Source of the DNA: an uncultured Muribaculaceae bacterium
GTDB taxonomy: Bacteria > Bacillota_I > Bacilli_A > RF39 > UBA660
Direction of reading: 5' to 3'
Length of the DNA stretch: 42,949 nucleotides
Assembly: GCA_964565085.1 (NCBI GenBank)
Contig: CAZMCS010000002.1
Span: 1 to 42,949, forward strand
The position numbers were made by a program, and so were the translations under genes. This document shows positions 8,017-16,570 of this stretch, one piece after another. Numbering within the stretch: position 1 is the first letter of the stretch; the number at the start of each line of letters is the position of its first letter. A model generated the notes under the pieces. It was not told the DNA's origin, made no database searches, and was given only the letters and a program-made list of their open reading frames with translations.

Positions 8017-8793
8017 ATGGACAAAACCTACACGTTGTTTTCTTCAGATAAAGCACAAGTAGACGGAAGTTTTAGTTTTTCATTTTGTTCCAAACCATCA
8101 GAGACGAAACAAGTATGGTTAGTAAGTGACTCAACTAAATGTAGAGAAATACTAGCATACTATTTAATTCAATACATCAGATACTCGTTTGGGGAGATCA
8201 AAATTACTACTGGAAACATTGATCATCAGAGAATGCAACTTGATTGTACCAGGCTTGTAATTACTACTAAATACATTAGTGATTCAACTAAACAAGCAAA
8301 CTGCGATACTTTTGAACGAGCTATTATTAGGGGAGTAAAATTAGTAAATTTATTTACAAGTCATCATGGATGGAGGCAAACAAAACTATACGGTTTTCAA
8401 CCACAGGAATCTATATCATCATTTATGACAGTAGGGGATAAAAGGTGGTTAAAAAGTACTCATATGTTATCGATGTACACATTAATGTTAAGACTTGGTG
8501 TTGAGCTAGACGATGATGATGTTAAAACACTTGAAAAAGCATTAAGTGTATTAAAGGAACCTAGTACTCTAGTAAACAGAATGCATGCATATGAATCAGT
8601 TAAATACTGGAACATGATTATGCACAATTTTGATGAACTTTTCTGTGGGTTGGACGAGAGAGATATATATAGTACACTTACTCTTGACAGACAATTTGAC
8701 GAGGGAATTACAAAACTATGTATTGGTTCATCAGAACATAAATTCATAGCTAATGTATTTGAAAAACTAAAACATAGGTATCTCACTAGATAA
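8017..8793 (+). CDS. hypothetical protein, member 2 of the paralogue family
   Basis: FSFCSKPS, KRWLKSTHMLSMYTLMLRLG, YWNMIMHNFDELF and EGITKLC. It starts 3 nt after the stop of member 1. Confidence 0.7.
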   Translation: MDKTYTLFSSDKAQVDGSFSFSFCSKPSETKQVWLVSDSTKCREILAYYLIQYIRYSFGEIKITTGNIDHQRMQLDCTRLVITTKYISDSTKQANCDTFERAIIRGVKLVNLFTSHHGWRQTKLYGFQPQESISSFMTVGDKRWLKSTHMLSMYTLMLRLGVELDDDDVKTLEKALSVLKEPSTLVNRMHAYESVKYWNMIMHNFDELFCGLDERDIYSTLTLDRQFDEGITKLCIGSSEHKFIANVFEKLKHRYLTR

Positions 8794-8842
8794 CTTTAAA
8801 ACAAGATTAATAATGCAAAACATAAACCACCACTAACAGTTA

Positions 8843-8870
8843 TTGTATTGCAAAATACCTAATATAGTAT
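8843..8870 (+). promoter_or_regulatory. sigma-70-like promoter candidate TTGTAT-N16-TAGTAT
   Basis: It shares the TAGTATATTAATA block with the 7152-7166 site and lies upstream of the transglycosylase gene. Confidence 0.3.
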
Positions 8871-8918
8871 ATTAATACTGATTACTGCGGTTTCCATAGT
8901 AATATAAAGGAGAAGTGC

Positions 8919-9620
8919 ATGAATATAAAAGGTAAAATTATCAAATATATTTTACTTGTTTTGAATACAAGCAAGCATAATATAGTACCAATATTAGTTA
9001 TATCAAGTATTTTATTGTGTATAATTGGCTCTTTTTTAATTGAAAACCCAATAGAAACAAGGTTTAAATTACTGTCAAGTTCTTATAAAGAAATGGCCAC
9101 AGAAAAAGCTAATTTATTGATTAGGTACAATAACTTAACAACTGAATATAACAACTTCAAAAACAAAATAGAAAACAACGACATCGATAAAAAAGCAATA
9201 GTATCGTACATCAAAACTAACTTTAAGAAGATGCCTATAGAAGTAGTACAGTCAATAGCTGATAATTTAATTGATATCAGTGTACGTAATAATATACCAT
9301 ATGAACTAATAATGGGAATGGTAGAGGTAGAATCAAATTTTAACCCGTCAGCAGTATCAAGCAAAGGTGCCAGAGGGTTGTTACAAGTAATGCCTAGTAT
9401 ATGGAAGGATACTCTTGGACTAGAAGATGAATACGATCTACACCAAATAAAAACTGGACTAGAACATGGAGTAAAAATATTAACAATAATATTAAATGAG
9501 CAAAAAGGCAACATGCCTAAAGCACTCTATCATTATGTAGGCAAAAATGAGGCCTATGTAAACAATGTTTACAAAGCCATGGGTGAATTTATGTTACACA
9601 GGTCATTATTGCAGTCATAA
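8919..9620 (+). CDS. membrane-anchored lytic transglycosylase (SLT domain)
   Basis: Hydrophobic N-terminal segment (IVPILVISSILLCIIGSFLI). SLT catalytic block VEVESNFNPSAVSSKGARGLLQVMPS. Confidence 0.8.
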   Translation: MNIKGKIIKYILLVLNTSKHNIVPILVISSILLCIIGSFLIENPIETRFKLLSSSYKEMATEKANLLIRYNNLTTEYNNFKNKIENNDIDKKAIVSYIKTNFKKMPIEVVQSIADNLIDISVRNNIPYELIMGMVEVESNFNPSAVSSKGARGLLQVMPSIWKDTLGLEDEYDLHQIKTGLEHGVKILTIILNEQKGNMPKALYHYVGKNEAYVNNVYKAMGEFMLHRSLLQS

Positions 9621-9814
9621 TATATAATATTGTGAAGCACTACAATCTATCAAGTTCTAGTATAAAAAAATAAATCAATAAAATTGGAAAAAACAAAGAT
9701 AAAACAGTAACGAAAAAAGACAAAACCAAAAACCAGTAAGATAAAAAAAGTGGTTAAACTAAAACAGGCTAATATCTAAATAGAAATAATCGAAACCAAT
9801 GAAAGGAGCATGCA

Positions 9815-10345
9815 ATGCCAAAAAAGGTAATAACGAAGTTTCTAGTACAAATGTTGATGCCTAACGAATTTGATACGGAGATATTAAAACGAAGAATATT
9901 TAACGTCAATATTAGATTACTGGTTGACAATAAGCAATATCGAAAAATAATTTCGTATATAATCTATTATATGAACAATTTGATGGAAACAAAATTCAGT
10001 GATTATACTACATTAAAGGGATTGTCAGGAGCAAACCTAGGCATACCGTTTAATATCATAGCAGTAAGGGACAATGGGTCCATAAAGATACTAATAAACC
10101 CACGAATAACTAAAAAATCTACGCGTACAAAAATTATTAACTCAAACTGTGGCTCGATAAGATTAAGCAAACCAATACCAGTAAGAAGATCCATCTGGAT
10201 AAATGTCGAATGGTACGATATTAAGGGAACTAGATATGTTTCTAAATTTGAAGGACCTGTAGGAAATACAATACAACATGAAATAGATCACAATCTTGGC
10301 GTATTAATAACAAATCGTAGTAACACAGAGACAAGACATGCTTAA
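9815..10345 (+). CDS. def: peptide deformylase-like protein
   Basis: Motif 1 GLSGANLG, motif 2 region NCGSI (canonical EGCLS), and motif 3 QHEIDHNLG. Confidence 0.7.
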   Translation: MPKKVITKFLVQMLMPNEFDTEILKRRIFNVNIRLLVDNKQYRKIISYIIYYMNNLMETKFSDYTTLKGLSGANLGIPFNIIAVRDNGSIKILINPRITKKSTRTKIINSNCGSIRLSKPIPVRRSIWINVEWYDIKGTRYVSKFEGPVGNTIQHEIDHNLGVLITNRSNTETRHA

Positions 10346-11510
10346 AATACAAGAATTCATACGTCAGTTTGAAGACATAGAAGATGCCAACATGTTCTTA
10401 AAAGAAAAATTACATCTAAAGATAAAAAAATCACTATTAAGACATCAAGATAACAGCTATGATGAAGTGTTTATTTATAACTATGATACAATAAAATCCA
10501 ATAAAACCAACGTGATAGTAAAAGAAGCAAGAGCATTAATTCTGGATAAACAAAGCAACATAGTAAGTATGTCGTTTCAAAGATTTTTCAATCAAGGAGA
10601 ATTAACTATAGATCACATTGATTGGGAGAGCACTGTAGCTGAAGAAAAATTAGATGGATCCTTGATAGTAATTTACAATTATAATGGTGATTGGTACATT
10701 CAAAGCAGGTCAGAACCCATGGCAGGTTGGTTTGTCCACAAAACTGATTTTACCTATGATACTCTTGCTAAAAGGGCATTATTGTCTAAGCAAAAAGAAA
10801 AAGACCCGTTTTGGATTTTTAAACAAGAAGAAAATAAATATTGTTATGTCTTCGAACTTGTTAGTCCGTATAATCGCATAGTTACTCCGTACGAAAGTAC
10901 CAGCTTATTTTTGCTAACAATTGTAGATAAGCATGCTGAAAAAGAACTAAGTAGAGATATGATAAATGACTTTGCTAAAAAGTATAATTTAGAACGACCT
11001 GAGACGTACAGAGTGAGAAATATAAAAGAGGTAGAGTACTTACTAGAAAATCTACTTCCGCTAGATGAAGGTTTTGTAGTAGTAGATGATAACAAAAATC
11101 GTATAAAAGTAAAAAACAAAGATTACTTATCAATCAGCAGAGTCGTTATTAAAAGCCGTAATCTACAAGCTAGATGTTTTGCAGAAATAGTACTAAATGG
11201 AAATGCCGACGAAATTACTACATATTTTCCAGAGTATACTCAAGTGTTGCGACTATTCACCGACTTACTTAGCATTCTATCAGATGAATTGTCATTCATA
11301 TGGTTTGATTGCCAAGACATCAAAAGTCAAAAAGAATTTGCCATTAAAATAAAAGATAACCCGTTAAGTAGTATATTGTTTAAAAAAAGGAATGGGTACA
11401 TTTCTAGTATTGATGACGAGCTGATGAAAATAAAACCAGATAAATTGGTTAGTATTGCTCAAAACAGAATTGGAAGTGAATTACAGAACGAATTAGAGTC
11501 TTTATTGTGA
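10338..11510 (+). CDS. ATP-dependent RNA ligase, Rnl1/Trl1-like
   Basis: Nucleotidyltransferase motifs occur in order: I EEKLDGS (K at 10647-10649), III YVFELV, IV EGFVVVD, V RIKVKNKDY. The upstream block ARALILD...FQRFFNQGE resembles the Rnl1/Trl1 clade. Confidence 0.8.
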   Translation: MLKIQEFIRQFEDIEDANMFLKEKLHLKIKKSLLRHQDNSYDEVFIYNYDTIKSNKTNVIVKEARALILDKQSNIVSMSFQRFFNQGELTIDHIDWESTVAEEKLDGSLIVIYNYNGDWYIQSRSEPMAGWFVHKTDFTYDTLAKRALLSKQKEKDPFWIFKQEENKYCYVFELVSPYNRIVTPYESTSLFLLTIVDKHAEKELSRDMINDFAKKYNLERPETYRVRNIKEVEYLLENLLPLDEGFVVVDDNKNRIKVKNKDYLSISRVVIKSRNLQARCFAEIVLNGNADEITTYFPEYTQVLRLFTDLLSILSDELSFIWFDCQDIKSQKEFAIKIKDNPLSSILFKKRNGYISSIDDELMKIKPDKLVSIAQNRIGSELQNELESLL

Positions 11511-11517
11511 GGTAACT

Positions 11518-12351
11518 ATGATAAATAATATAGAAAATGAAATAGAAATTGAATGGTTCAAAGACGAAAGCGGTTCGCTAAATGAGATTTACCAACAAAC
11601 ACAAATGCAGTTTGCTTTTATATCATCTCCGAAGAATGGTAATAAACAATGTCATACATTTGTACTGTGTAGAGATTACTTACATGATGTGCTAAAATGT
11701 AGTTGGTTGAAAAAAACATGTACCATATATGGATTCACATTTGATTACTATAAAAATCCGCTGGTAGATTTAGAACGTACTAGAATGTTAGTAACCATGA
11801 AAAATCTATCAGACAAAGATGTAGAAATCTTCAATAAAAAAATGCTAACAGCATTGTCGCTATTAAACCACTATGAAAAAATGGCCAGGTGGTCAAGAAG
11901 TAGGTTATACAAAGTTAGCAGCCATGAAAAAAATGTGTGGATGTTTGTTGGTACAGCAATGTGGATGCGTTCTCCATTTTTAATATCGCTCTATTCGTTG
12001 TTAATAAGACTAGGTGATAAATATGAATACCTGGACGGATTCAAAGGAAACGAAGATCTTAAAGAAAGATTGAAAAACATCGGAGCTGATACAAGTAATG
12101 ACATGGATAATGATTCCAATTATTTACATCATTTGTGGGATAAAATAGATAAGGTAATAGAATACAGAAAGACTTTGTTTTTTACACATGGAAAACTAGA
12201 TAAACGTTTTGACTCACCTGCAGTACAAACCATAAGCATATTTCATAATTGCAGCGGTATTTTGAGTTTATGTAAAAGTAATACACAGGATCATGAATTG
12301 GATACAACTTTCCGTAATACAATATTATGCGAAAAAAATAGCGAAGCATAA
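11518..12351 (+). CDS. hypothetical protein, divergent member 3 of the paralogue family
   Basis: FAFISSPKNG, CRDYL, and AMWMRSPFLISLYSLLIRLG are collinear with the members at 7219 and 8017. Confidence 0.65.
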   Translation: MINNIENEIEIEWFKDESGSLNEIYQQTQMQFAFISSPKNGNKQCHTFVLCRDYLHDVLKCSWLKKTCTIYGFTFDYYKNPLVDLERTRMLVTMKNLSDKDVEIFNKKMLTALSLLNHYEKMARWSRSRLYKVSSHEKNVWMFVGTAMWMRSPFLISLYSLLIRLGDKYEYLDGFKGNEDLKERLKNIGADTSNDMDNDSNYLHHLWDKIDKVIEYRKTLFFTHGKLDKRFDSPAVQTISIFHNCSGILSLCKSNTQDHELDTTFRNTILCEKNSEA

Positions 12352-12408
12352 AGTGATACAAGTATAGAAATATACGTAATACAAAATTAAAACGAAAGGA
12401 TACATAAC

Positions 12409-13317
12409 ATGTCAACAAGTCGTCACACTATTGGTACTGATCCGGAATTTTTTGTAGTAGACAAAGAAACAGGTGAGCTCAAATCAGCCATACCACTCAT
12501 AGACGGTACTAAATATGAGCCAAAGAAAATGCCCGGAGGAAGTATGATACAGAGAGACAATGTTGCTTTAGAGTTTGCAACACCTCCAGCTGTAAACGGC
12601 CAAGATTTTGTGTCAAAAATAAGAGAAGCCTTTCAAGATGTTATGAAGGAATTGCCAGCCGGATATGATATTGCTCCAATACCTTCGGCAAATTTTTCTC
12701 CGGAACAACTTGACCATGTTGAAGCACAGATGTTTGGATGTGATCCAGACTTTGATGTTTGGACAATGACCCAAAATACTGCTCCGTACGCTCCTGATCA
12801 CACATTCAGAAGTTGTGGTGCCCATATACATGTAGGATACACAGAAGGCTCTGGAAACGAGTTTTTACTGGAATTCGGGGGCAAGTTTGCGACTGTAAAA
12901 ACGATGGACTTAGTTCATGGCATAATATCTACAGTTTTGGACAGTTCACCAGAGGCAATTGCTCGAAAGAAGTTATATGGTAAAGCCGGCTGCCATAGAA
13001 TAACATCATACGGTATAGAATACAGAGTATTGAGTAATTTCTGGTTGAAGAGTCCACAGTTAGTAATGCTTATGGACAGTCTTACTGTGGACGTACTAAA
13101 TCTAGTACGTACTAATAAACATGAAGAAATGATTGAGGCTATAGGGCAAGACACAATAGTATCTACTATAAATGAAGGAAATGTTTTAGTAGCTAAAGAA
13201 ATAATAGACTCCTACTTGATGGAAGTCTTGAGTGAGACATCAAAAGATTTACTGGCCATGTGTATCGAAAAAATAAACACATTTGATTTCAAAAAAGAAT
13301 GGGAGATGGAGGCTTAA
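12409..13317 (+). CDS. GCS/GS-superfamily COOH-NH2 ligase, phage 'type 2' (DPEF family), paralogue A1
   Basis: IGTDPEFFVV, D.VALEF, CGAHIHVG and GIEYRV blocks are shared with 27102-28319 and 33671-34993. From memory this matches the phiEco32-like COOH-NH2 ligase type 2 family. Confidence 0.55.
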   Translation: MSTSRHTIGTDPEFFVVDKETGELKSAIPLIDGTKYEPKKMPGGSMIQRDNVALEFATPPAVNGQDFVSKIREAFQDVMKELPAGYDIAPIPSANFSPEQLDHVEAQMFGCDPDFDVWTMTQNTAPYAPDHTFRSCGAHIHVGYTEGSGNEFLLEFGGKFATVKTMDLVHGIISTVLDSSPEAIARKKLYGKAGCHRITSYGIEYRVLSNFWLKSPQLVMLMDSLTVDVLNLVRTNKHEEMIEAIGQDTIVSTINEGNVLVAKEIIDSYLMEVLSETSKDLLAMCIEKINTFDFKKEWEMEA

Positions 13318-13319
13318 AA

Positions 13320-14111
13320 ATGAAGTTAGGACTAACAATGTGGGACTCTAAGACAGGATCTCAACTTGTGATAAACAAAGCTTACGTAGACTATGTGTCG
13401 GAAGCAGACCCAAGCTACGAACCTATAATTATAACACCAGCCAACAATATCGACCAAATGGCTGATTTGTGCGACGGCCTAATCCTACCAGGAGGAATAG
13501 ATATAGATCCTATTTTTTATGATGAAGAAAATATAGCATCATATACTACTGATCCTGCAAGAGATGATTTTGAGAGACATGTGTTTTATGCATTTGTACA
13601 ACGTAATAAACCAGTGTTTGGAATATGTAGGGGGTTTCAGCTTATATTACGTGAATTCCTTAAAGATAGGAAAAAAACGTATAGTAGTTACTTTACGTTC
13701 TATCAACATATTTCTAACCATTCCTTGGCTACGGATCTTAGTATCAGTAGATGCAATCCATCGCACAGCGTACATGCTTTGAGAAATATACTCTATGGCG
13801 AGGAATACAATAAGACAGTAAGAATGTATGTTAATAGCATGCATCATCAGGGTGTTATAGTCAATTTCGGTAATTCAAAAAACACAACTATAAAAGACAT
13901 TACTGTAAGCGCCATGACCAGATATGGAATGAACAAAAAAGAAACCGGTTTTATAGTGGAAGCATATAAAATCAATGGGTGGTCTACTGGTGGAATAGAA
14001 GCAGTTCAGTGGCATCCTGAGGAACTAAAAGATTACGGATTAATAACCTCTTTTTTCAACAGTAATAATGCAGAAGAGGAAAACCAAAATGCACTCGATC
14101 TCAATTTATAA
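13320..14111 (+). CDS. class I glutamine amidotransferase / peptidase C26 (gamma-glutamyl hydrolase-like)
   Basis: PGGIDIDP, nucleophile elbow FGICRGFQL, HHQ, and VQWHPE. The ATG at 13320 follows GGAGATGGAGG. Confidence 0.8.
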   Translation: MKLGLTMWDSKTGSQLVINKAYVDYVSEADPSYEPIIITPANNIDQMADLCDGLILPGGIDIDPIFYDEENIASYTTDPARDDFERHVFYAFVQRNKPVFGICRGFQLILREFLKDRKKTYSSYFTFYQHISNHSLATDLSISRCNPSHSVHALRNILYGEEYNKTVRMYVNSMHHQGVIVNFGNSKNTTIKDITVSAMTRYGMNKKETGFIVEAYKINGWSTGGIEAVQWHPEELKDYGLITSFFNSNNAEEENQNALDLNL

Positions 14112-14382
14112 ACAGGAAAATAGCCAAACCAGTATTAATTGTGGTGAAGATAAATCAACAAAGTGGTCCGTAAGATTGTTCTTGGAAAACAGAGTAACAT
14201 TATATATGGTAGTTGGTTTACATAATTTAAAATCTATGATACAAGAAGTAAGGGCTACCAACAACAATAAGCCGTTAAGACCACTGTATCCATGGGTAGT
14301 TAGTTATTCAGAAAAAAGAGTTATTGACAAATTTGGATACGGAATTAGAATATCAAAAATTGAACTAAAACCACTAAACTAA
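14089..14382 (+). CDS. hypothetical protein
   Basis: It fills the gap between neighbouring genes. GAGGAAA lies upstream of the ATG. No motif recognised. Confidence 0.35.
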   Translation: MHSISIYKQENSQTSINCGEDKSTKWSVRLFLENRVTLYMVVGLHNLKSMIQEVRATNNNKPLRPLYPWVVSYSEKRVIDKFGYGIRISKIELKPLN

Positions 14383-14398
14383 GACGGAGGAATATGTA

Positions 14399-15772
14399 GT
14401 GTTGAATCACATGGTAGAATTAGATGTTCCGTGGGTTGCTGAAGTGATAAGTGAAAGATTTGATGGAGCTATGGAATTGATGACAGAAAATTCTATAATC
14501 TATGGTGGTGCAGTTAGAGATGCACTGGCTGGATTACCGTTGTTAGGTGATTTAGACATACTAGTAACAGATTCTGATTCAGAGTGTCTAAAACAAGCAT
14601 TCAATAATTCATCAAAATGGATTTCAACTGACTCCACACTTCCAATTACTATGTCTGGAAAAAAGAAACCATATCAATCATTGTTATCAGACATAGAATC
14701 ATTTCAACCAGTAGGGGTAGATATGCATTATAAAAATGCGTATGAACAACCGGTTATATCAAAAGTTAATACATTCCAAACCATTGGTGGTCTACAAGTA
14801 CAACTAGTTACTTTTCGCACTAATGAAGACCATGCTCTACCAATGTCCAGTATTACCAGATGCGCTTTGTACCCAGCAACATTTGTTGATCTAAAGTGTT
14901 GCAGTTTAGTAATGTTGAGTAATGGGAAAGTGTTTGAAACGGTAAAAGGTTCTTATCAAGATTGTATAGATAGAGTTCTCAGAACACACATAATAAACAA
15001 GAATCTAAATCTGGATATATTTACAAAAAGAGTAATAAAACTGGAAAAAAATGGTTGGAAATCTAAAATAAATATGCGATCTGTAGTTCGTACAGTTAAT
15101 AAGCTTAAAGCAGCTGAAAACAAGAAAACAAAACCAAAATGCAAAAAAACGCCTTCAGAACTAATAACCGTTGAAGAATGTTACGGTAAAGATTCTAGAT
15201 TTGCTTTCACAAGATTACGCATACCAAGGAACAGCATGACGGCATTTGTACCTAGAAATCCATATTTAGTCGAACAAGTCACTACGCTTGTCAATAACAT
15301 AGCAGAAAAAATAAAAAGAGAAATGCTATCAAGCATAAAAATAACTAGTAGTGAACAAGAAATAGTAATAACTATACAACCCAAAAGCTGTGCGACTACT
15401 ATGCTGGCTAACCTTTACGCTGCTGCTAGTATAACTAAAAATACAGTCAATGTTAAGCCTAATAAGCGTAAACCAGTAGTTCCAACAATTCTTAAAAAAA
15501 CCGACACCACTGTACCTAGTTATCACAAATGGATAAAAAATGCTTATATAAAGTATACACATGATTATCCCGAAGGCTTTTCAAATTACACACATGACTG
15601 CCACGAATACGTTAATGACAGGATAAATATAGATGATACAAATACTGAAATAAAATATGGCACAGCAACTGATATACTAGAAGCTAAAGACAGTTTCAAT
15701 GCTTATGAGTTTGTGCGACTTATGAATGCTGATCTAACAAACCATAAACATGTATCCAACAAGCAAGAGTAA
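14399..15772 (+). CDS. divergent Pol-beta nucleotidyltransferase with a CCA-adding/poly(A)-polymerase-type head
   Basis: IYGGAVRDALAGLPLLGDLDILV is the class II tRNA-nucleotidyltransferase head motif (GG.VRD...D.D). The rest of the protein is unrecognisable. GTG start after GACGGAGG. Confidence 0.55.
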   Translation: MLNHMVELDVPWVAEVISERFDGAMELMTENSIIYGGAVRDALAGLPLLGDLDILVTDSDSECLKQAFNNSSKWISTDSTLPITMSGKKKPYQSLLSDIESFQPVGVDMHYKNAYEQPVISKVNTFQTIGGLQVQLVTFRTNEDHALPMSSITRCALYPATFVDLKCCSLVMLSNGKVFETVKGSYQDCIDRVLRTHIINKNLNLDIFTKRVIKLEKNGWKSKINMRSVVRTVNKLKAAENKKTKPKCKKTPSELITVEECYGKDSRFAFTRLRIPRNSMTAFVPRNPYLVEQVTTLVNNIAEKIKREMLSSIKITSSEQEIVITIQPKSCATTMLANLYAAASITKNTVNVKPNKRKPVVPTILKKTDTTVPSYHKWIKNAYIKYTHDYPEGFSNYTHDCHEYVNDRINIDDTNTEIKYGTATDILEAKDSFNAYEFVRLMNADLTNHKHVSNKQE

Positions 15773-15784
15773 TTGAGTTAGTTA

Positions 15785-16237
15785 ATGAAAAATAAAAAAG
15801 ATATACATGAATATAAAAATTACGATCGTAATACCTCTGATCTAGTAAACATATTCGTCTACGGAACATTGAAAGTAGGCGGATATTATGCTGGTTATTT
15901 TGACCAGGTGAGGTTGTGTAGTGTACCGTGTACTATTAAAGGAGCTCTATATCGAATAACTGGTGGATGGTTCCCTGGGCTAATTCTAGATGAAACAAGA
16001 ACAGTACACGGAGAACTACATGTATACAAAAATGCGAAAAAAGTAATTGCATTAATGGATACAATCGAAGGAGTTTCAAGTGGATTATTTAGAAAAGAAA
16101 CCGTTAATGTAAAAGTTGAAGATAATAAAAATAAAGAAGCTATTGTATATGTATTTAATCATATAATTACTGAAAACAATGCCGTAATTATAGAAACCGG
16201 TACATGGCCGATAGACGAAAAGGAGAAACTATTATGA
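15785..16237 (+). CDS. gamma-glutamyl cyclotransferase (AIG2/GGACT-like)
   Basis: IFVYGTLKVGG, G.LY..., FPGLI, VHGELHVY and IEG follow the GGCT-fold pattern. Confidence 0.7.
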   Translation: MKNKKDIHEYKNYDRNTSDLVNIFVYGTLKVGGYYAGYFDQVRLCSVPCTIKGALYRITGGWFPGLILDETRTVHGELHVYKNAKKVIALMDTIEGVSSGLFRKETVNVKVEDNKNKEAIVYVFNHIITENNAVIIETGTWPIDEKEKLL

Positions 16238-16566
16238 GAATACTGGCTATAAAAAGATCTGGACAAATGGCTAATTACGAAGTAGGAGCACACGCAGAAC
16301 AGAATAATAACGTAGTATCAGCAATAAATTTTTATGAGACAGGTTGTGCTGGGCATAAAGTTTGGCATGGACCGTGTTTTGTAATATCATTCGTAAACAA
16401 CTCATCCAAAGTTGTCATTCCTGCAACCGCAGAAAATATTCTCGAAGTTACATATGATAACAGTGGTACGGTAATCACCAAGACACATGGGGTTAGTCTT
16501 AAAAAACAAACAGAACCAGTAAACGCGGAAACATACAAGTCTGACGTAGTAGAAATGGAGGCTTAG
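16235..16566 (+). CDS. hypothetical small protein ending in -EMEA
   Basis: The ATG at 16235 follows AAGGAGAA. The C-terminus VVEMEA mirrors the EWEMEA end of the 12409-13317 product. Confidence 0.5.
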
Positions 16567-16570
16567 TATT

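Noticed and set aside
9621-9814. A-rich 190-nt spacer with repeated CAGTAA..AAAAAAG units as a possible origin or iteron array
   Set aside because: The repeats are short, imperfect and dominated by A-tracts. There is no clear iteron periodicity or flanking initiator gene.
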